This document shows, in pieces, positions 26,820 through 41,916 of a stretch of DNA of 64,000 nt. Source of the stretch: the human T2T-CHM13v2.0 reference genome, Homo sapiens. The notes below the pieces were generated by a model. It was not told the origin of the DNA, made no database searches, and saw nothing but the letters and a program-made list of their open reading frames with translations. Numbering within the stretch: position 1 is the first letter of the stretch; the number at the start of each line of letters is the position of its first letter. The stretch lies in the NCBI RefSeq assembly GCF_009914755.1, contig NC_060930.1; one strand, given 5' to 3'. A program made the translations under genes and the position numbers.

Positions 26820-27159
26820 CAGGGGGTCCCCAACCTCCCGAGCCATGGACCAGTACCTGTCCGTAGCCTGTTAGGAACCAGGCCGCACAGCCAGAGGTGA
26901 GTGGGTGAGCGAGAATTATCACCCGAGCTCCACCTCTTGTCAGATCAGTGGTGGCATTACCTTCTCATAGGAGCATGAACCTTATCGTGAACTACACATG
27001 CATGGGATGTAAGTTGTGTGCTCCTTATGAGGATCTAACTAATGCCTGATGATCTGAGGTGGAACAGTTTCATCTGCAACCACTCCACTCACCCTGTTTG
27101 TGGAAAAATTTTCTTCCACGGAAACTGGTCCCTGGTGCCAAAAAGGTTAGGGACCACTG
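26820..27159 (+). mobile_element. MER1B (hAT-Charlie MITE)
   Basis: TIRs CAGGGGGTCCCCAACC / GGTTAGGGACCACTG, ~340 bp, colinear with the recalled MER1B consensus. Confidence 0.9.
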
Positions 27160-27799
27160 CCATAGGACCTTTGGTTCTTCCAACACTCACACATAGCTGC
27201 CCCTCACCACTACTTATTGATTTTAAGTAAGAAAAAAGCCAGTGAGTCATTGCAACAAATAAAAACTACATGCAAGGCAAATTTACTACAAAATGTCTGA
27301 CTTTCCCAGAAATTATGGTTGCTTTTTAAAACATATTTTATTAAAGAAAAGGAAAAAATAAAAACCTCTGCCCCTCACTGTCCTGAATGATATAAGACTA
27401 TCTGATTGGATACTAGTATAAGTCTGATGTTGCTGCCTGGAAGAAAGCAGTGAGAGGCGTCAGAACACTCCAGCACACTTTGGAATGGCCAGGGAGTTTT
27501 GCTGGCAGACACTCAGCAGAAGATGCCTTACACTCCCTACCTCACCAGTCCCCACAGTAGGCGGTGGACCTTCATGTAATGGGAGACTCACACCTTCTGT
27601 GCAAGAGCCAGGCACATGGGTAACTCCAGGCTTTACCCCATGCTGCATTTATGAGAAGAAATAAGACAATGAATGAGCCTGTTAGGCCAGTGTCTGTCTT
27701 CTATGATTAACACAGCCAAGGAAAGTCTGGCCCACACAGAAAGAGCAGCCCTGCAGAAACACTAGTCCCCCTGAGCTTTGTGCTTCAGCTTTTCCAAAC

Positions 27800-28340
27800 C
27801 CAACTCAATCCACCATATAGAAAACTCAGCAGGAGTTTTAGCCGTCATCATTATTACCCTGGATCTCACACCACTACAGGATAAACTCCACAGTTCCTAG
27901 CATGACTACAAGGCCCTCCACCCTGCAGCCCCCACCTTCTGCTAGACTTTCTTGCTGGTCCATTGCTGACAGGCAGCTGTGCTCTGGCCTCAGGGACTCC
28001 ATCCCTGGCCCCTTCCTAGAGCATCCCCTGATGCACATCTGTGGATCCTGCAAGCTTCGCATGGCCAGGCTTATCCCCACTCTTTCCTTCTCCAGCCCAC
28101 AGGTCAATCTCCTGCGATGCTTTCTCCACCCCTTCACGCAGAGTTTATTTTCTTCTCTAAACTACCAGAATCTTTTGTTAATATCCTTGTTAGAGGGTTT
28201 ATTGGGTGCTCTCATAATTACAGCCAACTATAAACTCCTAGAGGTCAAGAGCTGGTTTTATCATTCTTCGTATCTCTAGTATCTTCCCTAGTCCCTGATA
28301 GATGCTACATAATCAATAACTATGTGTTGACCAAATAGAT
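27800..28340 (+). mobile_element. L2 fragment
   Basis: CTACAGGATAAACTCCACAGTTCCTAGCATG and CTATAAACTCCTAGAGGTCAAG motifs. Confidence 0.6.
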
Positions 28341-29513
28341 GATTAAGTCAGCATTATGTTTTAAATTTTATTTAAGTTCACAAAAAGACAACATATTATG
28401 ACACAAAACTGTTAATAGTTCCTTAAATCCAGGCAGTGAAATTACAGGTAATTCTTATTATAATATTTAAACTTTTCTTCATTTCCTAAATTTCATAACA
28501 CAGCAATAATCATAGAAAATAAAAGAGTGAGAAAAACCTGGGAGGGTTTATTTATTTAACATTTCAGATAATCAAACAATGTTAAGTACTAATATTAGTG
28601 TTGGCCTCTCCTGCTAAATATTATGGGAACTTACCATTGCTTACATGAATGTATGGATTAGTGCAATAAAAATTACATTGGAATTCTCTAGATCTTGATG
28701 TATGTTTTCTTAATTTATTCTGACCTAATTCATTAGCTTAAGTGGTTCATACATTTCACAGCTATAAGTCTTGTTCGCTCATCTGGGAATAAATCTGGTA
28801 GTATATGCTGACACTTACTAAAATGTAACAATATGATTCTATTTTTCTGTTAGAGACCTTTAGCCCAGAAAAAACTCCCATTAAAAAAAAAAAGAAGAAA
28901 CAGGTTTTTCATATAAAGAAAAAAAAAAAAAGGCTTCAGTACAATTGGCATCTTGAATGTCATGGCCAAAAACTAGAGTTCCATGAAACTGGGTACAGAT
29001 CTCATTATGAGCATAAAAACAACACACGCTCTTAAATACAATGCAAAATTTCCTGCTGATTAAAAATACAAACAACAATGAACAAAGCATAATATGAGTA
29101 CAGGAAAAACCCATCTATGGATTCTATGCTTTAGTTATGTAACATTTTCACATTAGGGCAGGTTCTAATGTTGATCACCATCATGACCAGAAAGAGTTGC
29201 ACCAACATGAACAAGAGGTCCCTAAGATATTAAGCTCCATTAATTCTTCTCTGTGTAGGCAGTTAGGGTCGGACAAGTACAGGAGGGATGGACTTATTAT
29301 AATGAGGCCTGGGATGGTTTCTTTTATAATAGTCTATATTGTGCAGAAAAAAATACATTATACTTACAAATATTTGGCACATAGTAGATGGATAATCAAT
29401 ATTAACTAATTAACAATCCTATGGCGCAGGAAGATTTTTCATAAGCATGTTGTGGTGACAGTGACTTCTCACATGAGGCCAGCTGTCTATCTCACCCACA
29501 TCCTGTGACCTGC

Positions 29514-29559
29514 TTCTACCCCACTGGTTCTACCCCACTGACCTTCTTCTACCCCACTG
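29514..29559. repeat. Three copies of TTCTACCCCACTG
   Basis: Copies at 29514, 29528 and 29547. Confidence 0.9.
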
Positions 29560-29582
29560 TGACTAAGGCACTCCTCTCCACA

Positions 29583-29966
29583 TGCTATATGGTCTGCATG
29601 TTTGTGACCCTCCAAAATTCATGTTAAAACCTAATTTCCATTATGGGGATGTTAAGAAGTGGGCCTTTGGGAGATGATTAGGCCACGAGGGTGGAGTGTG
29701 GAGCCCTCATCAATGGGATTAGTGCCCTTATAGAAGAGGCCTGAGAGAGCTCATCTGCCACTTTCACTATGGGAAGTCACAGCAAAAAGACACAATCCTT
29801 TACAAACAAGGAAGTGGGCCCTCATCCTACACCAAATCTGCCAGCGTCTTGATCTTGGACTTCCCAGCACCTTCCCAGCACCCAGAACTGTGAGAAATAG
29901 ATGTTGTTGTTTGTAAGATACTGAGTTTATTAAGTTTTATTATAGCAGCCTGAAGGGACCAAGACA
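29583..29966 (+). mobile_element. MLT1A0-like MaLR solo LTR
   Basis: TGCTAT...GG...CCAAAATTCATGTT start, GGGATTAGTGCCCTTATA, TTGATCTTGGACTTCCCAGC and ...GACCAAGACA end. Confidence 0.85.
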
Positions 29967-30909
29967 CCATCTTCACAGTGACCGCCTCCAGCTACTTTAA
30001 TCATGGGACAGCTTCCTCCTCCCCATCCAATTTGCACACAGGGGTCAGCCCCAGTCAGTGCCTCCCCTGCAGCCACAGCAATGTTTGGCTGGGCTTGGAA
30101 CACCACCTGCTAAAAAATGACCATCCCTTGGGTTTCACTGTGAAATCTTATTAATGTCAGCATTGTATGTTTCCGATGTTCCAATGTAATGGAAGCAAAA
30201 TTCACTAAGGATTGTTCTTCAAGGGTCAGCATGCCCAATATGTAACCTGTCTTACCACACAGAGAGACAGGTTCATTTACGTCTCTTTAAAAATGGTTCT
30301 TCTGCTTCAACCACTAGGGATTCTCAACTCCCAGAAGAAAGTGAAGGACTGATCATGCTTTTATCTGCTGCAGTGTTGGTAACAACAGCTGACTGTGGGA
30401 TGATCACTGTTTCTACATGTGGTGTGAGGAGCCTCCATCTATTAACTCATATCATCTGGATGCAGTGATGTCATTAGTCCCGTTTCACCATCCAGGTAAC
30501 TGAAGTCACAGAGCTGGAAAGCAGCAGCAGTGGGGGTCACGTGAGCCCAGCCTGCAGCGCACAGGCTCTCAGCCCCCAGCATGCTGCCCCTTTGCAGAAC
30601 GGGCCCTGAGAAATGGGAAGCTTTTGGTTTTCAAGAGTCTCTGGATCTCAGTCTGGCATCCAGTGACATAGGAATGTGTGTTAGAGATGACTGAAGATCT
30701 GAGAGACATAAGCGATGTGGCAGAAGTATTTCACAATTTTGACCTCATAACTTCTTTTCTGTTTTGAAGCCCTGGGTGTTGGCAGGTATAGAACAATAGA
30801 GTGGCTTCAAAGAAGTGACTCTCCGGGTACTATCCTCTGTGCGCTTCCCAGAGCCCAGCTGTGTTCAAGCCAGGACTTTAGGAGAGGAGGTAGGAGATAA
30901 TGAAGGGAC

Positions 30910-31655
<746 letters not shown>

Positions 31656-32631
31656 GGAAATGAAGTGTTTTTTCGTGTGTTTTCTTCATGTTTGTTTTTT
31701 TCCCTCAAGCACTAAAAAATAATGCAATTTGGCTCCTGACAACATGAATCTAAAATCTAATTCTGTGAGCAGGACTCTCTGAGCCCGGGCGCAGATGGGA
31801 TACCTGCATGGGGAGGGGCTTGTGTCTTGCTCTCAGAAACATAATAAACCAAGAGATTCTGCTGCATTTTCAACACATCTCTAAGAATAGGCAGCAGTGC
31901 ACCTCCTTCTTAGTGTTGGCAGTGAGGCTGACGTGACAGTCTGAATGGTACATGCGTCCCAGGAACCTCATGTCATGGTAACAGAGGCTACAGCACCTCA
32001 CACTGAAATAAGACGGGCTCAGACCCCCCACTGCAACCGGCTGCATTGTCACCTTCTGGGGTACACATCCGCGGCATGGAGCTTCTTTATTCTGTTATCA
32101 TCCAGGCTATGAGTCGGAGTATTCAACATTTTAATGCTCCATATATCAATAAATTAAGTGTGATGCTGGATGGATGTGACATTTTCAATATTCCACAGTA
32201 TGACTGACGGGCTACCGTAGTTCCTCCCCTGTTTGTAATTTGAGTAATCTGGATGGGGGACATGAACTGGCCGGCCAATAAAAGTGAAGACTAGTGGAAA
32301 GAGCAAAGTCATAAAGCAAGCATGGTCCTTCAGAGACTGTATTAAAAGATTATCGTTTTGTATATCATTGTTTTTTCTTTCCAGAGCATGTAATCATAAA
32401 CTGAAAAGAGAAGAGACAAAATGTAATGTTGACCAGAATAAACAACGCTGTGTTCATCACTTAATGTTATTACCCAGTCCCTTGGTTGTCTTGTCCTCTG
32501 TTTGTTATCATTTTCGAGGGTTTTATTCTAGACACATTTTTTGGTCTCAGTCAGATTTAGTACAGACTAATATAAAGTTCTGCTGCTCCACAGTGGTAGC
32601 CGACGCTTCTGGAAACTGCAGTGAAATCTCA

Positions 32632-32649
32632 TGAACTCGATAGAGTTCA
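32632..32649. promoter_or_regulatory. Perfect nuclear-receptor everted repeat (ER6) TGAACT-N6-AGTTCA
   Basis: Sequence TGAACTcgatagAGTTCA. Motif match only; function untested. Confidence 0.35.
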
Positions 32650-33132
32650 CTCTTGCTTGGAGCGGTCCACACACTTCCTTTGTTTAAGCAGCAATGATAT
32701 GTCATGCCAAGCTGAGTTCAACTTTCTTGGTAACTCTTGAAGACAAATCAACCACACTAATAAATTATTCGACCTGCAGGTTATATGAGTAACAATGGAC
32801 CACCCTAAACTCTAGGCAGCACAGTCTGATTTCCAACAAAAGACAGGAGATGCAGATAACGTGTAGATACTAAATGTATAAATTGTATTGTAATTCTGAT
32901 AGGAAAATAAAACCCCAAACCCTGAACACCATTAATTCACCATATGTCAACTTAAAAAAATGTGAATGCTAGATAATAAAACTTTATGCCCATGTAAATG
33001 TCTAAACACAATTTTAATAACTATAAATAATGTAGAGATTTATTTCTTATTCATTTTAACAAGCTTTTCACTGAACTATGATATGGTATTCTAATATTAA
33101 TCTTAAAGATATCCCAGCATATTCTCAACTTA

Positions 33133-33445
<313 letters not shown>

Positions 33446-33769
33446 AAAATTTAAAATACGATGAAATAAGGCCTTTCCTGTACTAAACTATGAGCAATTT
33501 ATTTCACAAGAACTCTTGAGTCTCTGACCTATTCTAGAATCATCCAAAATTGAAATTATTATAAAGTGTTTTCTATGAATTTCCTACCCACCAGGCATCA
33601 AATGACAGTATCAATGGAACATGCACAACCGAAAAGGATCTCGGCCAGCACTGATGAGATCCTTCATAACTATAAAGCAACAGGACTGATGAACCACACA
33701 GTGAATCCAGCCACATAACTTCATAATCACCCGTGCAGAACACACTTCTGGAATGCTGTCCACTCGGCC

Positions 33770-34860
33770 CGGCACTCCCCTGAGGACTAGGGATAGAGAG
33801 TGAATCGTAGGGAGATGGTCTCCACCCTCACACACACTCATCCAAGAAGGCAAGACAGAGCCCACCATGCACACCGCAGGAGACAAACATGGAAACCCAA
33901 GTCCCATGGGGATAAGTGTGCGGGGTGGGGGCTGGGAATGCCTGGAGAAGGAGGCAAGTCCTCAGAGAAGACCACTGATGATAAAGTTGCTTTTCAGCAG
34001 AGACCTAAATGAAGTCAGGTGTGAGCCTTCTGGAAACTGGGAAAGGGTTCCAGGCAGAAGGAACAAGGGAGCAAGACCCTGACGGGAAGCAGATTGAGGT
34101 TTGAGAGAAAGGCTTGAAAGGATGGCAGTGACTCAGCAGGGGCCAGGGCACATTGGCCAGGCACCCATTTTAACTACTTTGGCTTATTCCAAGGGAGCTG
34201 AGAAGCCATTGGAGTCTGAGCAGAGTTGGGACGTTATTTGACTTCAATTTTAAAATGACTGCTCTGGCATCTGTTTGGAGACCAGGCTGGAAGGAGAAGC
34301 AGCAGAGAAGTGGGGAGGTGGAAGATCAGCTGGGGGCTGTTGCAGTAATCCAGGAAACAGCCCATGGTGGCTTGGGCCACGGTCCAAGCCATGGTCAGAT
34401 TGTGGAAGGTGTTTTGAAGGAATTGTCTGCAGGATTTGCTGATGGGTAGGTAGCATGTGTGGTGTGAGAGCAAGAGAGGAGTCAAGATAACTTGGAGATG
34501 ATGCTTGTGTCCATTTATGGAGGTGATGATGACTGAAGCAAAAGAAGGATCACACATTCATATTTGGCATTATGAAGCAGGAGACACCATTAGGAACTAT
34601 GGGGAAGTCAGGGTGGCAGCTAGAGGTTTAATTTTGGGGATCAAGGGTAAAGTTGGAGCTAAAGCTATACATTTTGGAATTATCAGCATATGGTGAGTAT
34701 TTAAGTCAATGATGCAAGGATAAGACTACCTACGGAGGGAATACAGACTGGGAAAAAAGAAACAAAGGGGGAGAAGGGGTCTAAGACTAAGCCCCAGGGA
34801 ATCACAACGTTTAGACTGAGTTCTGGGCTGGGAGTTAAAGAAGAACCACAAGATCATATA
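33770..34860 (-). mobile_element. L2 fragment
   Basis: Purine-rich antisense L2 motifs GAAGCCATTGGAG, GGGGCTGTTGCAGTAATCCAGG, CAGGATTTGCTGATGG and GGAGTCAAGATAAC. Confidence 0.75.
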
Positions 34861-35110
34861 ATATCATGAAGTATCCTAAGTATGAACTGAAGGCTTATCA
34901 GCTGTCAACATAGTAGACTGGCTGTCAAAGGATGGCTTTGCTGTATAATTGTTTTATTTTTAATCTAGTATCTCAAATAAATAAATTTAAATAAATTGCT
35001 CTGTAAATTTTAAATTACCACACTCATCTGCATTATCATTACTGCTCCTATAGTCTCTATTAGGTTAACCACAGTTGGTGGCTGTTCAAGGATTTACTCC
35101 AATAATGATT

Positions 35111-35420
35111 ATGTTTCCTTTATTTTAAAATGCACATTTTTCCCACATTTTAACATCCCTGAAATCACAATGTATCATACAATTGACAGCATCTTAGAAC
35201 TATAATTTTTTAAAAATTTAAATTTTAGATTCAGGAGGTACACGTGCTTGTTTGTTTCATGGATATTACATGCGTAATTGTGGGGGTTGGGCTTCTAATG
35301 TACCCATCACCCTAACACTGACATTTATGATCAGAACTGATGCTATTTTTTCCTTCTTAGAGGAATACACAAAAAAGATACATCATATAATCTGTGACAT
35401 CTCAGCTCTGATCAAATAAA
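35111..35420. mobile_element. MER104-like (TcMar-Tc2) element split by an L1 3' fragment
   Basis: TGCACATTTTTCCCACATTTTAACATCCCTGAAATC...GCATCTTAG, resuming at TATTTTTTCCTTCTTAG. Confidence 0.6.
35203..35325 (-). mobile_element. L1 (L1PB/L1MA-type) 3' end fragment
   Basis: TTTTAGATTCAGGAGGTACACGTGC...GTACCCATCACC is the reverse complement of an old L1 3' terminus. Confidence 0.7.
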
Positions 35421-37052
35421 ATATGTATTTCTAAAGTCACAGCTCTGTTCTATTGTCTTTGGTTGATGTACAAGTAGAAGAGTTGGTCTCTGCACAGCTG
35501 CCCTCTGGGGCTAGTGTCTACTGGGATGATGAAGAGTCAAGGGTAGGAAGGAGGCAGCGCCAAGGAGCCCCTTGTGGGCAAGCCTCTTGACAGTCACCGT
35601 ATTTTGCCCAGGGCTTGCTATTGATTAGCTCTGGGTGTCATACACCTCCAGTGACTTTTGCCTTAGCAAGAAGACAGATACAGTTGGAAACTTACACAAG
35701 GGCTTGCTCTGGTTTCATTCTCCAGGCATTCTTTTCCCCTGGAGTCATACATCCCTGAAGAATAGAAGCCGTGTCTCTATTACCTTTTAATCCCCAGAAC
35801 TGAGCACAATGCATAAATATAGCTGGTGCTCAATAACCATTTTATTTAAATTGAAACCCAACTCCCCAGTATTTGGAAAGACTTGTGGCCTACAACCTCA
35901 GAGGAAATGTACAACAGATTCCCTCCCTGGGCTGCGGTAGTTGAAGATCACCGACTAACTACGGTCACATAAGGTATCATGTCTGAGTGCCCAGTACTAG
36001 ATCCTGGTGTAGTCTCCATGGAAACATAGAGAGGAGCGCTTGTATCCTTGCAGAGAAACAACAAATGCATCCTTTATAATGATAATAAAATGCAGCATTT
36101 ATAGAGAGGATAATCACCTGTGTTATGAAACAGGCAATTTAATAACTCTGTCTGATAAAAACGCAAAGACAACTGTGATGCTGTATTTTACTTCTGGGGG
36201 TGTCGGCATCTGAGTTCACGGGCAGTGGTGTGAGCAGCAAGAATGAATCTTCTTCATCTCCTTGTCAACCTGTTATATGCTCTCTTGCTGCTTACTATGC
36301 CGTTTTGTCTTTTTCTCCTCATTATATTCCCCAGCTCATACATCCTAACCTACTATTCCACTTATTTCTTCCTTTACATCATGACCTGTAGTCTATATTC
36401 CTCACAAGAAGGTCCTCAAGGAATTACAAAGGACTTTTAGAAATAAAGACATAAAATATTTTTTACAGTTCCTGCGGAAGGCTTTTTGTGAAGATTGTGC
36501 TTTACATGTATTAAAAACACCTCTGAGAGTAGCCATAAAAGTAAATTTGAAAATGCATTTGAAATGTAAATAGTGTTTGCAGCACTCAGGTGAGGCTGCT
36601 TCAGGTCACATGTAGCAAGAGCTCTGCTTAAGTCTTGAGTTATCTTTTCCTTCCAGTTTCCTGAATTATGTGACCTCTGAGAGGCACTCTGAGTCCTAAA
36701 TGGGTAGTACTCGGCAGTGACTACGATTCCTAAACAATTCCTGTCCTCTCTTTCACTCCAGGATCTTCCAAGCCTGCAGCCCCTGGCTGCACTCTGGTGC
36801 CACTAGAAACTGTGGGCCATGAAGGAGAGATGCTGGCCTGGGTTCGTACTTGGCCACCCAAGAGAAGTAGGATGTAGTGCTATCTAACAATGTCTCTCCA
36901 ACAAGGAGTTCTTGAGTCTCTTTTAATCAGGGACCCACTACATTAATTTGCATAATCTGATCTGGAGTTCAATAGATCAATGATTCAAGGTAAAGAAAGC
37001 TCCTGCAGCAGTTCCTAGCCCAGCCATTTCCTAGCCAGCTAAAATGCCTTGG

Positions 37053-37355
37053 AGCTCAGGTCAGCAAACTGGCTCTGATCTAAGAATGGTTTTTACTTTT
37101 TCAAATGGTTGGGAAAAAATTTCAAAGAATACTATTTCATGATGACAGAAAATAATATAAAATTCAAATGTCAGTGTCTGTAAGTAAAGTCTGATTGGAA
37201 CTCAGCAGCCTCACTCATTCGTTCATGGACTGTCTAGGGCTCCTTTTGTGCTGCGACAGCGTGGTTGAGTAGCTGGGACAGAGACCCTATGGCCTGCAAA
37301 ATCCAAAATACATAATATTATCTGGCTCTCTGCAGGAAAAGCCTGCAGACCCTTG
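37053..37355 (+). mobile_element. MER58B-like (hAT-Charlie)
   Basis: GGTCAGCAAACT, TAAGAATGGTTTTTAC, AAATTCAAATGTCAGTGTC and GTTGAGTAGCTGGGACAGAGACC...TGGCCTGCAAA. Confidence 0.8.
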
Positions 37356-38866
37356 CCTTAGATTGGCAGGCCTAGTCAAAGGCTGGCCTGTTTTGGGGAC
37401 TTTCCAGCAATCTGGTTTCATGTAGGGTGCTGCTGTGAGACATGCTGATTGAATTCTGAAGGACAGGGTGAGACACAAGCAGGGAATAACATTCTGAGAA
37501 AAAAAGTTGGCTCTGTCAGACTACAGGGATGAGAAAAAAACAGCTCCTTGGTGGTGTAATTAGTAGTTTAAGTAGCTTTGTCTGCAATGATGCTAGAGTA
37601 ATCTGCGGTCTTTCATCATGTTCAAGGAGAATGCACAAAACCACTCAGCTCACTATAATTGCAAATAGCCCTTAATGAATATATATTTGCTTTGGCTCCT
37701 CTGCTCTATTTTACATCAATTCTTGTGATTTTCCAAGTCATAAAATGCCCCAGATGCCTTTCACTAAGGCATTTTCACCTGGATAAAAAGATGTAAACAG
37801 ATTAGACCATTTCTAGGTGAGTTATCCAGGAAACAGGGGTGATACAAGTGGATTATCTATTTTCCGATCTGGAAAAGTAGGAGTGATATAGAAGAGAATC
37901 AATAGTTCTCTACAATGAAATCTTAGCCTTGGAGAAGTGTTTGGTGAGGGGGGTGAAGATGGGGGAAGTGGCATTGCGAGAGATGCAGTTACTCACTGAT
38001 GCCTTGCATGGTATCACATGATGTCACATGACACTGTATGATATCACAAATAGAAATGCGGACTCTGATGAGCTAGAACTGAGTGTCGGCTTCTCCGTCG
38101 CCATGCAGCCCAAGGTAAACCACTGACTGCTGCAAGCCTTGGTTTCCTTGTCTGTGAAGTGGTAGCACGAAGCCAGCACTGCTGTGACCTCCCAATGAGG
38201 TAGACGGAGCAAGGGTGCCTTCTATGCTGGCAGCTGGTGCTCACCTCGGCAGCACACACACTGCACTGGTGGATGGGAACTTCTATGACTGACGCCAAAT
38301 AGCACACTGAAATTTGAACACAGTGTTTATGATCCTGAGGTTGAAATTTTAAAAAATTTCTCAATGGCAAGCATCAACCTCAGGACACTAAGTGGAGAAA
38401 GTGAGATGTTATTACCAAATCTCAAGCTTGACTAACATTAAGGTGCTTGACTTGAATCAGTGTTTCTAAAAGAAAATGAAAACTTCTCCTTCACTGTGAC
38501 TCACAAATAACCAGTAAACAAGAATAATATGTTATAGAGGTGAAACCAGCTACTCATGGACTCAAATTTTCAGTTGTACTGAAGTGAACTGGGCAAAAAA
38601 TCTTTTAAGAACTGCCTCCAGGAGTGTTGGCTATTTTGTAAATAGTCAAGGATGATGGTTTTCAGACTGTCTAGATAACCTTAACCTCACCATGAAATGC
38701 AAATTATTTGCTTTAAATGGCAAAAAGTAGAAAAGCTCTATTTTGAATGGTATTTTGTTTTTAAAATACTCTTACTCTTTAAAGTAAGAGTCAAGAAATA
38801 AAAGACATTTATTTGGGCTTAGAACACAATTTATCTGAGATTTTATGGTAATAACAATACTGAATC

Positions 38867-38868
<2 letters not shown>

Positions 38869-38901
<33 letters not shown>
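38869..38901. repeat. Poly(T)33 tract
   Basis: Read directly from the sequence. It is not attached to an Alu body. Confidence 0.95.
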
Positions 38902-38902
<1 letters not shown>

Positions 38903-38911
38903 GTGAACCAC

Positions 38912-39110
38912 AGGCCCATAAGATCCTGGCTCTAATTCTGGCTTTACCATTCCTAGCTGTATGAGAATTGGAAAATTCCTTAATTTCTCTGAGGCTCTTC
39001 ATTTTCTTCTATACAATGGGGACAAGTGTAATAATGGTATTAACAAAGTGGATGTAAACATGAAATAAGATAATAAGTGTAAAGCTCTTACCACAAATTA
39101 AGAGCATAAA
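38912..39110 (+). mobile_element. MIR
   Basis: CCTGGCTCTAATTCTGGCTTTACCATTCCTAGCTGTATGA...CTTAATTTCTCTGAG...AAATAAGATAATAAGTGTAAAG. Confidence 0.7.
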
Positions 39111-39225
39111 AAGTTATCAGAAATGGTCATGTATCCTTGGTTATAAATACAGGTCATATATCAATTCTGGCATTTATTTAAGCAAAAAACCTTTAAATTC
39201 CACTCTTATTTTGGTGCCTGATTTT

Positions 39226-39519
39226 TTTTTTTTTTTTTTTTTGAGACAGAGTCTTGCTCTCTCACCCAGACTGGAGTGCAGCAGCACAATCTCAGCTCAC
39301 TGCACCTCCCGGGTTCAAGCAATTCTCCTGCCTCAACCTCCCGAGTAGCTGGGGTTACAGGTGTGCACCACCATGCCTGGCTAATTTTTTTGTATTTTTA
39401 ATAGAGATGGGGTTTCACCACATTGCCCAGGCTAGTCTTGAACTCCTGAGCTCAGGCAATCCACGCACCTTGGCCTCCCAAAGTGCGGAGATTACAGGCA
39501 TGAGCCGCTGTGCCCAGCC
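39226..39519 (-). mobile_element. Alu (AluS/J)
   Basis: Full dimer. TSD GGTGCCTGATTTT. Confidence 0.95.
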
Positions 39520-40365
39520 TAGGTGCCTGATTTTATTTTTAAAAATTAATTTTCAGGCATGGCAACAAATAAAGAAAAAACACACCCATTTCACGATGCT
39601 TATTGGTGACCCCCAGGAGAAGTGAATTGAGCTATTTGAGGGAAGGACAGACACACACACGCACATGCATGTGTGTGCAGGTGCACATGTCTCTAAACAT
39701 AGTATAAATAGATTATGCCAACCAGCACAGCTCCAGATGAGAGTGTCTGATGCCACAGCGGCACATCATGAGCAGTCACCCTTCACTCAACTTCTAGCTT
39801 GAATAGAGGACAGAGATTTCAGGAGCATCGCCAAGTGATGGGTTTGGGCCTGGCAGATGTGATTCTGAGTAGCTACTGCAGCTTCGGTGCCTATAGGACT
39901 AATACTGCAGAGATACAGTGTTTTATCTTTCAAAGCCAGTACATTCCAGGGAGGCTGTATCCTGGGGCTGCTAAAGACGCCTGCAAGACTGGCCTGGAAG
40001 AAATCCTGGGAGGGTCTGCTTCAGGCCACTGAGCTAGGCTGGAAACACCTGGGACAGCGCGCCTCTGACCCCTGAGCCACACTCGGGAGGAACCCCACAC
40101 TCTGGCAACAAGGACTGGGAATGTCCTAGTTAGGCCTCCCTCCCTCCACCACAGCCTCGGAAGGTACTTCCCGCTTGGGCTCTTTCTTGGCAAGCTGGAG
40201 TTTCAAGTCTTTTTTTTTTTTTTTTTTTTTTTAAACACCAACCTAGACATCTCTAGACAGTACAAAAGTACTGGAAAATGGGGAAGCAAGTTTTAATAAT
40301 AGGTACCTTTGGTTTATAATAGAACCACCCCCCCCCCTTTTTTTTTTTTAAGAAACAGGATTTAA

Positions 40366-40707
<342 letters not shown>

Positions 40708-41375
40708 AGAGCCAGCCATTTTTAAGTGGGACAATTCCAGTACAATTGGCCTTGTTGCTGGGCAAAGACACTAGGATTCATTGTGCTATTCTAAATAAAC
40801 TTTTCGATCAAGAGATGGAAATGCACAACACATCATAAAGGATGTGAAGGAACATTTCCCCCTTTCTCCTTAATTAGAGCACTTGGTATTTGTGATGAAT
40901 TAGGCTGACTCGGTAACCTACAGGACATAAATCTGCAGAACAATTCTATTTTCCAATTGCTAGCTAGGTTAACACGCCTTAATAAACAAATAAATATCTC
41001 CATATGGACTATTATCCAAAGCAATTGTGAATCCTTGCAGTACGGGGCAGCGTGTGGTGGTGACATCCTGTGAATGGCCGAGTTCTGAGGCCGTCCTCGA
41101 GCGTCCATTTGAGTAGTGGCCTAAATGAGGGGTGCCCTTCACGGATGGAATAAGGTAACATTTTGATTAATGCAATGAGCATGCTGCTGAATGTTACAGT
41201 CAGTATTAAAATGGCATGTGCTAATTTAAAATCTTAGTTGTCATTAGATTAGAGTGCAAAGGAGAGCCACCTTTTGAGAAGACTTACTTCATCTCAGGGG
41301 GCAGAAACAAGCCTGTCTCTGTTTGCCACTGCAGGTGTCTGGCCAACAATGCTTGGGCTCTGAAAACATCCTGAA

Positions 41376-41380
<5 letters not shown>

Positions 41381-41440
<60 letters not shown>

Positions 41441-41445
41441 TTTTT
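41381..41445. repeat. Compound microsatellite (TA)21-(T)23
   Basis: Read directly from the sequence. Confidence 0.97.
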
Positions 41446-41600
41446 CTTTTCCTAAAACAACATGGAAAGGTACTAAGCAGCTTACTTGTGGAAATGTATA
41501 AAACTAAATCAAAGACTTTAATACAACTGCAAAAAGTCACAAAGTGGAAAAAGGGCAGAATTGAAAAGCAATGTGATTCATGTCTGGTAATAGGTTTTTG

Positions 41601-41916
<316 letters not shown>

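Noticed and set aside
35955-35976. TAACTACGGTCACATAAGGTA resembling the LSU rRNA / I-CeuI site
   Set aside because: Short and gapped, with no flanking rRNA similarity.
36243-36440. Hydrophobic 65-aa ORF / NUMT-like G-poor stretch
   Set aside because: The hydrophobicity follows from T/C-rich composition. I could not align it to any mitochondrial gene from memory; BLASTN against mtDNA would settle it.
38768-38791. 9-bp-stem hairpin ACTCTTACT-N6-AGTAAGAGT; also the 8-bp stem at 57277-57296 and the palindrome CTGGCCGGCCAG at 14556-14567
   Set aside because: Stems of this size are expected by chance in 64 kb.
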